Source of the DNA: Pelagomonas calceolata
Lineage: Eukaryota
Direction of reading: 5' to 3'
Length of the DNA stretch: 64,000 bases
NCBI GenBank assembly: GCA_918797485.1
Contig: CAKKNE010000001.1
Span: forward strand, 3,596,001 to 3,660,000
The position numbers and the translations under genes were made by a program. Positions 29,701 to 39,790 of this stretch are shown piece after piece. How positions within the stretch are numbered: the stretch's first letter is position 1; every line of letters starts with the position of its first letter. Below the pieces are notes generated by a model, which made no database searches, had not been told where the DNA came from, and worked only from the letters and a program-made list of their open reading frames with translations.

Positions 29701-29895
29701 GGCAACAAGAAGAACCGCTGGGGCGGCAGAGGTGGTAGAGGCGGCGACTACGGCGGCCGGGGCCGGGGGCGCGGCCGGGGCAAGGGCCGGGGGCGCGGCC
29801 GCCGCGGCTCGAACTCGAACTACGTGCAGCGCAAGTACGGGAACAAGAAGTACGGCGACCAGGACCGGCGCGCGGCGTCGGCGCGCCGCTGGTAG
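26792..29895 (+). CDS. EIF3C: Translation initiation factor eIF3 subunit C; intron 27992-28125
   Basis: MSRFW start, RVVRSAKDK, ARGRKGTD, KSLQHINPHTQEYV, PYHMHVNLDLLEC, FTGPPENTRDH, PCI domain; phase-0 GT..AG intron joins the two ORFs. Confidence 0.95.
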
Positions 29896-30529
29896 GGCGT
29901 TCCGATTCCTTCCCTGGCGCGTAAGGCGGGGTTCACTCTTAGACCTAACGACGAATCTCGGATTTACGCGAGCCTGAGGGTGGTCACGATGGATCTGAGA
30001 GAGGGGAGGGGGTGAACGCAGTCGCGCCGGCCCTGAGGACCGACACGAGGTGGGGATGCGTGGGGAATGTCGCGCGTCTTTCGTGACCCAGATGACGACA
30101 GTATCGCCCGAAGGATTGACGAGAAGCGGCGGCGTCGGAAAGCCCGCCGACTGTGAGGCCGGCGGGCGGTGGAGGCGTGTTGGTGCGCACGGCAAAATCG
30201 CCTACCTTCTTTTGCGCTCTGTTAATCTTCACTGGCAGCATGCAATTTTTCATTTTTGCCCTGCTGAGGGATCGGACAGCTACTAGCAGTCTTGGCCCAC
30301 CCCCAGTAATCGTCCGACGCGCGGCGACGCCTGCCTGCGACGCGCGGCGGCGAGTCCGCCGCGTCCAACGCCACGTCCGCTTGGACCCGAGGGACCGAGG
30401 CCGAGTGGGAGTCCGCGCCAGGGTGCAGTTTACGCACAGCGTAATTTACGTCCTATCCGCGTGAAATGCTTCAAGCATGCCGTGCTACACAGAGGGCTCC
30501 CCGGGGCCGAAGTGAACAAATACTATGTG

Positions 30530-31981
30530 TTACCAGCAGTACGCCTTGTCGACGGACGCGTGCAGCGCCGTGGTCGTGGCGGGGCACGCGTCCCTCAAAC
30601 TCGAAAAATGAGCGGACAAACAAGACGAGCAGTCGTCGAAGACCCCGACCGCGTTCGCGCCCTGCACCGCACCACATTTATCATCAAGGGCCGCCAGGCA
30701 GCCCGCCTCGATCGTTTTGGCGGGCGTCGCGTCGTTTATCTGTTGCGGTTGTAGCGTGCACGTCCGCGCGACCGGCGGGCCGTAGTTTTGGGACGTGCAG
30801 TCCACCGACACGGGACCGGTTAAGTCCCCATCACCGTACCAGGCGGCCCAGCGCTCGTCCGCTCTCTGTCTATTAGTCTCGAAGTCGTCCAGGAACGCGG
30901 CCATCACTTCGGGCAAAAATGCGAAGTAGAGCCTACCATCTCTGATGATCCAGTTCTCTACCGACGTCGGCGGTCCCATGACGTCGGCGGCCCAGGGCCA
31001 GCCCTCTTCTGGCGCGGCGACGTCCATGCCCACCGTGCCGCCCCATTCCTCATGATCCGGACCGCGCTCGAAGGCCATCCCATAGGAGCAGAAGCCGCCG
31101 TAGGCCGGTAGGTACTTCGCGGGGTTCGCCGCGAAGGTGGCTCGAGATAACGCTGAAGCGAAGTGGAAGGTCGATTCATAATTGTTCCCTCGATCGTCAG
31201 TGGTTGTTAATTGAAACGGGTACTTGGAGGAGCCCTCGACGGGAGAAGCACCTTCCTCCAAGGAAAAGAACGCGACAACATCCACGCCGCCGACGGCGGG
31301 CACGCCCTTGTCCGTTCTAAAACATTGCGTGTTGTACAGCTCGCCCGAACACCGCGGCGCCGCGACCAACAATTCCCAATTCTGCGACGCTTTCGCCATG
31401 TTCGCCGCGAAGTCCCGCCCGAACAACCGCAGCGCTTCGGGCCCCCGGAAGACCAGCAACTGGCCATCATGAATGAGCCACTGGTCGGGGTCTGTACCCA
31501 TGGCCTTCAGGTCCTTGACCGACAGACTTCGCTGGGGCATCTTGGCGTCGGAGCCCGTCAGCGCGAAGGGGCAGAAGCCTCCTAGCAAGGGGGCGAACGT
31601 TTCCGGCGCTTGCATGAATAGATCCCTATTTTTTGTGGATGAGAACCAGAACCGGAAGCCATTGTATTCAGCGACGATGTCGGGCTTGCCCTGGATTGCT
31701 CTAGATCCTGTTTGCAGTGATCGGTAGGCCACGACGTCGGCGCCGCCCAGGACTGGGCTTTGGGCTTCATTGCAGAACTCGGCGATGAAGCCGCCTTCAT
31801 TATTACATTGCGCTTGCGCTTTCATGGACATCACTTGCGTGGTGTTTGAAAGAGCTAAAAGGGAGAGGCTCCAGAGGGCCACAAAAGCTCCCGCTGCTGC
31901 GGCCCGCCGTCTCACATAAGGTCGCCGCGCTGGTCTAGCTGCTTCCGGCGCGTCGACGGCGCCGTAGAGGTGGGCGTCCAT
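30530..31981 (-). CDS. Tandem YHS-domain protein with N-terminal TM anchor
   Basis: Two repeats of GxDVVAY/F..G..F(S/A)S..R..F...P..(F/Y).P..GGFC..W.I.DG.L. Confidence 0.78.
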   Translation of the reverse strand: MDAHLYGAVDAPEAARPARRPYVRRRAAAAGAFVALWSLSLLALSNTTQVMSMKAQAQCNNEGGFIAEFCNEAQSPVLGGADVVAYRSLQTGSRAIQGKPDIVAEYNGFRFWFSSTKNRDLFMQAPETFAPLLGGFCPFALTGSDAKMPQRSLSVKDLKAMGTDPDQWLIHDGQLLVFRGPEALRLFGRDFAANMAKASQNWELLVAAPRCSGELYNTQCFRTDKGVPAVGGVDVVAFFSLEEGASPVEGSSKYPFQLTTTDDRGNNYESTFHFASALSRATFAANPAKYLPAYGGFCSYGMAFERGPDHEEWGGTVGMDVAAPEEGWPWAADVMGPPTSVENWIIRDGRLYFAFLPEVMAAFLDDFETNRQRADERWAAWYGDGDLTGPVSVDCTSQNYGPPVARTCTLQPQQINDATPAKTIEAGCLAALDDKCGAVQGANAVGVFDDCSSCLSAHFSSLRDACPATTTALHASVDKAYCW

Positions 31982-32626
31982 CGTTTAGCTGTCGAAATAG
32001 CTCGCTTTCGCCGCTGGGGGCTGCCTCGGGGCAGCGTCGCCCTCGTTTTACGAGCTCGCGCAGCCCGAGTGCTCGTAATCGAAACGAGGGAAATACCCTA
32101 GTTACAGGCGCGGCGCGCGCGAAGAAGATGCGAGAAGGCCCTCGCCGGCGCCGCCGGGACGGCGAGACGGGGAGGGTGCCACCCGTCCAGTCGATGGCGC
32201 CAATGGGATGAGCGTGCGCGGCTCCGGCGGCCGCGCTCGGCCGGGACTCGCGCTTGCGCAAAGCCACGTCTGCCCAGGCTTGAGTATGATTCGAATTCAA
32301 TGCAGCCGTCGGTTTTGTTTCGATGCGCAGTGCTAGTGTTGCGACACACTAGCTCCTGCTTTTGGCAGTCTGGCTGCTGCTCTGTCGCTGCCACAGCACT
32401 GATTCGCTTTCGTCGTGGCATCGTTTTGCACTGCTGCGACAACTGTCCGAAAGCGCCGCGGACAGCAAAAGCAAAACCGCACGCGTGCGACCCAATAGTG
32501 TTGGTGCTCTCAGAGTGCTCAATTGAACAAGCTCGCGAAGGCATCGAACGGTGCAAACAAACGCGTTGCAGAGCCTCTGTGGAGCCCTGGCCTCGTGCCC
32601 CGTGAATCTCAGGAGCAATAACAAAA

Positions 32627-34033
32627 ATGCAGCCCCCAACCTCGCTCCTCGCGGCCTCGCGCGCGAGGCAGGGCTACGGCATCGTGCACGCCGCGCCCCA
32701 GCCCACAGAATCACTCGACAGCAAGATTTTAAGTATTGCGGCACCTTCATTACTCGCACTAGCTTTGGACCCCGTCCTCGCGGCGGTGGACGTCGCCTTC
32801 GTCGGTAGGTGCGGCGAAAACAGCGGCGCCGTCCCGCTCGCGGCCGTCGCCGCCTCGACGGGCTTTTTTGGATTTGTTTTTAGTGCCACGAACTGCTTCG
32901 CCTCAGCGGGAACGCCCCTCGTGGCCAAGGCTGAAGTAGACGACGGCGAGGCCGCCGCTTTACGGTTGGGTGGCGCCATCGTCAAGGCCGCCGCTTTAAC
33001 GGGCGTGCTGCTCTGCCTCTTCTCCGAATTGATAGCACCCCAGGCCATGGCGCTCTTCGCTCCATCAAACTTGATCGACGAGTCGGTAGCGTTCACACGA
33101 CTTAGAGGTATCTCGGCGCCGGCCGTCGTGGGAGCTGCCGCTTTAAATGGCGTGCTGCGCGGCGTCGGCGACCCGCGCGCTGCGTTAGATGCTGCTGCTT
33201 TAGCTGCCCTGATCAACGTTTGCCTAGATGTTGTACTCGTGTGGCAATTAGGACTGAACCCGAACGGCGCCGCGATCGGCACGGCATGTGCGGAGTGGGT
33301 CGCGTTGCTATATCTCGCTCTACGCTTCGCGAAGCGTTCAACTGGCGTCGAGGCCCTTCCTCTCGGAAAAGGATTGGAGACGTTCGCTACCGCCGCTCTG
33401 GCGACGCTAGTCCGAACCCTATGTCTGCAGGCTTTCTTGGCGGCAACGACGGCCTTCATTTCCGTCACGAGTGCGGACCCGACGCTGTTGGCGGCGCATC
33501 TGGTCCTGAAGCAGTTTTATATCATTATGAGCTTTGTCACGGACGCTCTAGCTATCGCGGCGCAGCAGCTCGTGGCCGCGGCGCCGTCTACCCTTGAAGC
33601 GCGACAACGGGCGACGCGTTTACTAGGATGGGGCTTCGTGACCGGTGTCGTCCTGGCGGCTTTATTATATGTCATCCCACCTTCCTTACTCACGGACGAT
33701 GCACGAGTCGCAGAAGAAGCGTCTATTGAACTATTGAGGATCGTGGCCCCTTTACAACTCCTTTCGTCGTTGGTCTTTGTGGGCGACGGCATCTTACAGG
33801 GCTCGCGCGACTTCAAGTTCGAGGCCTTTGCGGTCGCGCTGGCTTCCGTGGGAGGCGCCGCGGTGTTGATCCTGGAACAGCGGCCGCCCGACGGCGCGCT
33901 GGCGACGGCGTGGGACGCCGTCGCCGTGCTGAACGCCCTGCGCTTTTTGACGTTCGCTGGGCGGTTTTATCTGAGAGGACCTCTCCTTGATTCGGACGAG
34001 GCTGACGCGGAGGCGCCGCCAGAGGTGAAGTAA
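32627..34033 (+). CDS. MATE-family (DinF-like) efflux transporter
   Basis: ILSIAAP..LDPVLAAVDVAFVG, NGVLRGVGD, GAAIGT, DALAIAAQ, GDGILQG..DF; many TMs. Confidence 0.9.
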   Translation: MQPPTSLLAASRARQGYGIVHAAPQPTESLDSKILSIAAPSLLALALDPVLAAVDVAFVGRCGENSGAVPLAAVAASTGFFGFVFSATNCFASAGTPLVAKAEVDDGEAAALRLGGAIVKAAALTGVLLCLFSELIAPQAMALFAPSNLIDESVAFTRLRGISAPAVVGAAALNGVLRGVGDPRAALDAAALAALINVCLDVVLVWQLGLNPNGAAIGTACAEWVALLYLALRFAKRSTGVEALPLGKGLETFATAALATLVRTLCLQAFLAATTAFISVTSADPTLLAAHLVLKQFYIIMSFVTDALAIAAQQLVAAAPSTLEARQRATRLLGWGFVTGVVLAALLYVIPPSLLTDDARVAEEASIELLRIVAPLQLLSSLVFVGDGILQGSRDFKFEAFAVALASVGGAAVLILEQRPPDGALATAWDAVAVLNALRFLTFAGRFYLRGPLLDSDEADAEAPPEVK

Positions 34034-34196
34034 CTTATTTGTCCGTGTGGTCTCATCGATTTGCGATCAGTTCCATTGCTAGGACTATACTGGCGAGGAG
34101 ACTTAGAGTACTCCCCGGCGGGTTCGGTGGCGTCGTGCGCACCGTGTGGATTGTGCAAGCGAGCGAGAGGAGGGGTAAACAAGGGGAACAGTTTTT

Positions 34197-35615
34197 TCAT
34201 CGAGAGCCGTCCATGCGCAGCGTCGGCTGGAGCACGTCGACCTCGGGCGCCACGGCGACACGCAGCCGCCGCAGCGTCGAGACGGCAGACCGCTGGACGT
34301 CGGCGTCCTTGTGGGACCGCGCGGCCCTCTGTAAGGGCCGCGCGACGCCGAACGCTAATAAATGAGGCACGTTCTTGTCGTCCAGACTCAAGTTGTGCAG
34401 CACCAAACACCCGCATCGCACTAGCTTTTCCGATTCGGGGAAGTGGCGCATCGCCGCCAAGACCCCGCGGACGACGCGCGCGTGGGCCGCGTTCTCGCCG
34501 CAGTCCATCGTGTTCGTCGAGACCGAGCCGGCCTCGGGGATGACGAGGTTGATGAGGGCGAATAGTGCTCTAAATTGCACCTCGAGCGTGGACGGATGGT
34601 GCGCCATCGCGGCTAACACAGCATCTAGACCATCGAGAGCCAGCAACGCGAGTTTCTGCTGATGATTTAAAGCCAAATTCACCAGCGACCAACAGCCCAT
34701 GGCCTGCACATTTGAGTTTTTGAGGTGCACGCGCATACTTCTAAGGACAGCCGCGATGCCGCCCGACTCCCCCAGAAATGCGTCCAAGCCTCGAGACGCC
34801 ATGCCCCGGTGGTACACCATGCCCTCGGCGCCGCCGATCGGTCTGGCCAAGAACACGACGCAGTGCAACGCCACGACCTGCACGTCGTCGCACTCGTCGA
34901 ACTTCCAGAGAGCTCTCACTACGGATGACGCGACGCCACAATCGAGGGCGTTCTTGCGAAACGTCTCGCAGTGGAGTCTGTCAGCTAATGTTCTAAAGCA
35001 TCGGACTTGCACACCCGCGACTCGAGCATGATCAGACATGATCCGCGCGATGTCGGCGATCGGCGCGGTGTCCACACTATCAGTCGCCTCGACGACCGTT
35101 CTATGTAATCGCCTTAAAGCGTTGACGGGCCGATGCTCCAAATCACTCCGGTGGATGCGCCACGGCGTCGAGCTGCAGAGGTGGGCCCAGACCTCCCGGT
35201 TCTTCGTGACTCTATCTCTCAGTTGTCTACAGGCAGGATTGGCGGCCGCTCTATGGCGCGCCTTCGGATCCAAGTAGCCGAGCACGTAAAGCATGAGGTC
35301 CGGCGTCAATTCCACGTAGACCTCCGGGCGTCTATGTGCGAGTAGCGTCGTTCCGAACTCCGGCGCCGGCGGCTTCCGCGGCGACGGCGGCGCATTAGTA
35401 GCCTCCCAGCTCATGGCCGAGGAGACGGAGAGGTCGTCTTCCGACTCGTCGTCGGAGCCGCGCCTCCCTCTTATGAAGAGGCCGAGGGGCGACTGGCGTC
35501 GTCTCCCTCGAGAACGGGACCGGTGGCGCCGCCTTCCGCGCGAGGATCTGGGCGAGGTCTTGGGCACGCAATTGGTGTGTGCCCCGGGGGCGGTCGTCGA
35601 CATGGTCGAGCCCAT
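34197..35615 (-). CDS. F-box + armadillo-repeat protein (aardvark-like)
   Basis: F-box-like LTPDLMLYVLGYL; repeats AM..H....VQ..GCW.L.NL; N-terminal MGSTMS is a possible myristoylation site. Confidence 0.78.
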   Translation of the reverse strand: MGSTMSTTAPGAHTNCVPKTSPRSSRGRRRHRSRSRGRRRQSPLGLFIRGRRGSDDESEDDLSVSSAMSWEATNAPPSPRKPPAPEFGTTLLAHRRPEVYVELTPDLMLYVLGYLDPKARHRAAANPACRQLRDRVTKNREVWAHLCSSTPWRIHRSDLEHRPVNALRRLHRTVVEATDSVDTAPIADIARIMSDHARVAGVQVRCFRTLADRLHCETFRKNALDCGVASSVVRALWKFDECDDVQVVALHCVVFLARPIGGAEGMVYHRGMASRGLDAFLGESGGIAAVLRSMRVHLKNSNVQAMGCWSLVNLALNHQQKLALLALDGLDAVLAAMAHHPSTLEVQFRALFALINLVIPEAGSVSTNTMDCGENAAHARVVRGVLAAMRHFPESEKLVRCGCLVLHNLSLDDKNVPHLLAFGVARPLQRAARSHKDADVQRSAVSTLRRLRVAVAPEVDVLQPTLRMDGSR

Positions 35616-36436
35616 GGTTGGCTTTGGTTTTTGAGTGCTGTTTCTCGGGTCTAGAGGTGCCGCCTGCTGTTCGTCTTCTCCCGCGGCGCGAGAACCCTTT
35701 CTCACGCGCTTCTTGACGTCCGAGCGCTTTTATGTGCGCGATAGGGTCTCCGTACGCGCTGTCCTGCAGCTTTGCGCGGTGTGTAGTCGCGCGACCGCGG
35801 CAAAGGAGCGACGGCTGTTGGATGGGCCCAGAAGGTCGACTTTCAGCGCGCCGAGCGTCGTTTGCTGCAGTTTTTTTTCTGGTACGCGCCGCGAGGGACC
35901 TCGAGAAGCTCTGCAACGAGTCTTGCGTTAAACGAACCAGCGCAAGCAGCTCTTTTAACAGCAGGAGGTCGGCGGTCTTCCGCCGCCGGATCGGACCCGA
36001 ATTAAATGATTTACACATTTTCGGAATTAATTTTTATTTATTTATTGCCACAAATGCCTTCAAGAATTCCAAAGGGCGAAGCGCCGGCGCGCGTCGCCCG
36101 CAGGAAGGCTCGCCCAAGAGCCCCTAGCGACGCCTTCCGACCGATCCTGCCGCCGGCGGAGGCTCGCGCGGGCAACAAACAACTTAAAATTGGCCGCCCG
36201 GGGACCGGTAGATTGGAGATTGGATGGCTCTGGAAGGGTCTGATTGGAGATTGGAGGTGTCCCTCTATGCCCGGCGCCTGTTGCCGCTCCGGCTTCGTTG
36301 TTGGAATTTGTCTTGAAAAAAAGCTCCGCTGCGGCGCGCGCGCGTTGGGCTGCGACGACGCGCACGGTGAACTTGGGCTGTGAGACTTGCGCGCACGCGC
36401 CAGTCTGAAGCGCTGCGACGCGCACAAATTGATTAG

Positions 36437-36946
36437 ATGAAGCGCCACAGCCTCGACGACGAGAGCACGCACCCGGGCAGCCTCATCGCGGGGTCGCGCC
36501 TGCCGCCGAAGCGCGGGCTGACCTGGCCCGGGAGCACGTTGGTCCCTTCCTACTCCGTGGAGAGCGACTACGCGCCCGGCCCGTGGTCGGCCGCGGCGGC
36601 GGCCGCCGACGAGGCCGCGGCGGAGCTCGATCCCGTGCGCGCCGCGCCGGAGGCGATCTCGAGGTCGCAGCCAGATTTTGGGGGGAAGCGGCCGCTCTCG
36701 CCGTTCAAGCAGCGCGTCGCCCAGGCGCGCGCGCAGGAGCTAGAGCCGATCGACGACGACGCGGCGGCGCCGACGTGCTGGTTCTGCGGGCTGGGCGGCG
36801 GCACGGAGGCGAGCGACGCGGCGCCGGACGCTTCCGTGACGATCCTGGACGCGCTGGGCTTCCGAAGCGACGCAGAGTCGGCGGCGGCGTCGTGGACCAC
36901 GGACTCGTGGTTCAGCGCGAGCGGGGCCGTGCCGCCTCCGAAATAA
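36437..36946 (+). CDS. Hypothetical protein
   Basis: 169-aa ATG ORF with GC3-rich codons; no family recognised. Confidence 0.45.
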   Translation: MKRHSLDDESTHPGSLIAGSRLPPKRGLTWPGSTLVPSYSVESDYAPGPWSAAAAAADEAAAELDPVRAAPEAISRSQPDFGGKRPLSPFKQRVAQARAQELEPIDDDAAAPTCWFCGLGGGTEASDAAPDASVTILDALGFRSDAESAAASWTTDSWFSASGAVPPPK

Positions 36947-36956
36947 GTTGTTGTAT

Positions 36957-38357
36957 TCACAGTGACAAGTTACTAAACCCCCCCACGTCCTCATCCAAGA
37001 ACGAGAAGACGCTCATGTCGTCGCGGCCCGCGTGCGCGTCCGCTGTGTTATCGTAGGCGCGGCCGCCGAAGACGACGACGCCGACGTCGACGCCGACGAC
37101 CCCGACGCAGGCCGTGTGGCCGCCGCAGGCGTGCGGCATGCGACAGCACGCCGCCTCGCAGCGCCACGCCGTCTCATCAGTCCGCGTCAGCACGTAGCAC
37201 GAGTCGACGTCCTCCTCGCGCGGCCGGTCGACGTCCTCCGGGAGCCACGCCGTCATGACCCCGCCGCCGCAGACGAAGACCGTATCATGAGCGACGCGGC
37301 ACGCCGCGTGCCCGCCGCGCGGCGGGAACGGCGCCGGGCCCGCGAAGGAGAGCTCCGCCCAGCGCACGGTGCCCCGCACTATACGCAGCTCGTAGGCGCG
37401 TTCCGTGCAGTACGTGAGGCTGATGCCGCGGCCGCCGTCGAGCTCCTCGCTACTGATGGACGGCGCAAAGGTGTAGCCCCCCGCCACGAGGAACCTATCA
37501 CCACCCAAAGGCGTGCACGAGTGCCGGTAGACGGCCGGCGGCGGCTGGCCCTCGGCCGCGTGCACTAAAGCGCGAACGCCCTTCTCATCAGTAATCTGGA
37601 GCAGCTCGACGTCGTTCGTCGCCCTAAAGACCTGGCCAGAGTTCGACGCGCCCCCGAATATAACAATGACGTCGTCGCGGCCCTCCAACCCCACCGCCGA
37701 GTGGCCCCACGCGCGCCACGGCCGGTCGCTGTTTGTTGATGAGAAGCCGTCGCAGACCTTCGTCCACTTCACTTCGTTGTTCAGTGCGAGGCGCCAGACG
37801 TCGCCGAGCGCGCCGCGGCCGTCGCCTCCTCCCACGACAACCATGGCGTCCCCCAGCAGCGTCGCCGTGTGCGCGCGCCGCGGCGCCGGGCCGGCCACGT
37901 CCACCAGACGCCACGCGGTTGTTGTCACATCAAAACGCCAGACGTCACTGTGATAGCGCGCCCCGTCCCGCCCGCCAAAGACCCAGAGGCCGCCGCTATA
38001 CGCCACGGCCGAGTGGCCGAAGCGTTTGGTGGGGCGGTCGCCCCCTAAATCAATCCGCGCGAAGCGCCCCGCGCGCGCCCGCCGCCGCGCCGCCGCGCAC
38101 TTTTGTGGAAGCAGCGCGCGCGCGGCGTCCTCCCTCAGACCGGGCGGCACGACGCCGAGGAGGCGGTGCTTTTGCGCGTAGGCCGCCGCCCGCGCGAAGG
38201 GCTTGGCCACTGTTGCGGCCTTTGATAGGGCCGCGTCGTCGCCGTAGTCGAGCACGCGGCCCACGAGGTCGGGGTCGCTGAGCGGGGTTGTTGCTTTCTG
38301 CGGCACCGTCGCGTCCTCGTCGCCGAGGCCGGGCGACGGCGCGTCGAAGAGTGCCAT
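36957..38357 (-). CDS. F-box-like/Kelch-repeat protein
   Basis: Repeats R.GHSA...LWVFGG, RRAHTA..VVGG, YRHSC..VAGG, RGGHAA..VCGG, GHTA..VFGG. Confidence 0.85.
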   Translation of the reverse strand: MALFDAPSPGLGDEDATVPQKATTPLSDPDLVGRVLDYGDDAALSKAATVAKPFARAAAYAQKHRLLGVVPPGLREDAARALLPQKCAAARRRARAGRFARIDLGGDRPTKRFGHSAVAYSGGLWVFGGRDGARYHSDVWRFDVTTTAWRLVDVAGPAPRRAHTATLLGDAMVVVGGGDGRGALGDVWRLALNNEVKWTKVCDGFSSTNSDRPWRAWGHSAVGLEGRDDVIVIFGGASNSGQVFRATNDVELLQITDEKGVRALVHAAEGQPPPAVYRHSCTPLGGDRFLVAGGYTFAPSISSEELDGGRGISLTYCTERAYELRIVRGTVRWAELSFAGPAPFPPRGGHAACRVAHDTVFVCGGGVMTAWLPEDVDRPREEDVDSCYVLTRTDETAWRCEAACCRMPHACGGHTACVGVVGVDVGVVVFGGRAYDNTADAHAGRDDMSVFSFLDEDVGGFSNLSL

Positions 38358-38653
38358 TGGCTAACGTTTTGCTCCCGCGCGCTCGATATATCGATGCAGG
38401 TTCTCAGTCCCCCTGTGGGGCTTGCTGCTGTAGAGACTCCCGCAGTGCCAAGCTGCAGTTGTCTGCGTAGCCGTGCTGGCCTTCGCGACAGTGCAAACGC
38501 AGCTGAGCTTTGCCAATTGCTGGTCTATTGCGCAGTGAGTGAGTGACCTTTTTTGGGCGCGCGAGGCTGAAAGCTAGTGTGTCTATGATCTAGAGGCGAT
38601 CAGGGTCTCCCGAAGCTCCGCCCACTGTTGTAGCACCGTAACAGAAAATAAAC

Positions 38654-39331
38654 CTACCCATCGACGACTCCGCACGCCTCCACGACAACTTTCTCCACTG
38701 GCACGCCGCGCTGCGTGTAGAGCGAGTCGTGCAGGTGGCGGACCACGTCGAGGCCCTCGACGAGCCGACCGAATGCGACGCATCGCCCGTCGAGGTGCGG
38801 CGCCGGTTCGATAGTAACATAAAACTGCGACCCGTTGCCGTCGACGCCGGAACTCGCCATCGTCAGCAGCCCGGGCTCCGCGTGCGGCACGAAGAAGCCC
38901 TCGTCCGCGAAGAGCGGCCGGTCCGCGAACGCGCTGCGCGAGCCGCCGGGCGCGTCCGGGAGGGCGCCGCCGAGGAGGCCCACGCCCTTCACGACCCGGC
39001 GCGCGAACGTCGATTGGGCGTACGACGCCCCGCTCGGCGCGTCGCCGGAGCACAGGAGGCGAAAGTTCTCGCTCGTCTCCGGGAGGAGCTCGTCCAGCAG
39101 CTCGACGACGAGCCGTCCCGCTCGCTGGCCGTCGACGCTGACCTCGAGGAAGCACCGGGAACGAGTTTTTGCCTCGGGTGCGTCCCAGTCGAAACTTTCG
39201 CCGCCGGGGCTGGGCCGGAGGAAGCCCTCCGGGCCGCGCGCGGCGTAGCGCTGGTACCAGCCGCGCGAGTGCGTGCCGAGCGCACGCCGCGGCCGCGCGA
39301 GGCGCCGCGCGGCGTCACGGATTCGTCGCAT
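38654..39331 (-). CDS. Divergent cyclophilin-like protein, probably organelle-targeted
   Basis: TSENFRLLCSG, FADEGF..H..PGLLTMA..NGSQFYVT..HLDG..VAFG; Arg-rich leader. Confidence 0.88.
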   Translation of the reverse strand: MRRIRDAARRLARPRRALGTHSRGWYQRYAARGPEGFLRPSPGGESFDWDAPEAKTRSRCFLEVSVDGQRAGRLVVELLDELLPETSENFRLLCSGDAPSGASYAQSTFARRVVKGVGLLGGALPDAPGGSRSAFADRPLFADEGFFVPHAEPGLLTMASSGVDGNGSQFYVTIEPAPHLDGRCVAFGRLVEGLDVVRHLHDSLYTQRGVPVEKVVVEACGVVDG

Positions 39332-39790
39332 CGCTGGACTGTCGCTTGCTGTCTTGACTCGCACTACTGCCTCGGAGGACGCTTATCGCTTTGCGCGCTG
39401 CGCCGCGTCGGTGGCGTGCTCGCTGGCAAGAGAGCCTGCTCTCCCAGGCGTGTCAGCGGCGGCGGAAGTTGTCGCGCGCGTGCGCAGCAGTACGAGACGG
39501 TCGAGATGCGTGCAGACGCAGCCGCCAATGGCGCGTATGCAACGCAGGACGCCGCAAACCAGGCTAGGTGTCAATAGACACACTAGCCTGCCTGTGCTTT
39601 GCTGCTGTGTGCTTGGGAGGGCCTAAGGACGACCCCCGTACGGCAAAACAGGCCTCCGGAGCCGCCCCCAGCGCCACGTCCGACTCGGCACAGAACTGAG
39701 TGGGCTAGAGGCCTAGAACCCCCTGCCGCAAGTGGTGGTGCTGCCGCTGCGGTGCTCGCACGGGTCCAAGTCTAAGCTTAGACCAACAAA

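Noticed and set aside
29896..30529. Long gap between convergent eIF3c and YHS genes as a snoRNA cluster or SECIS
   Set aside because: Only scattered CTGA and an imperfect C box; no recognisable guide, and neither neighbour has an in-frame TGA.
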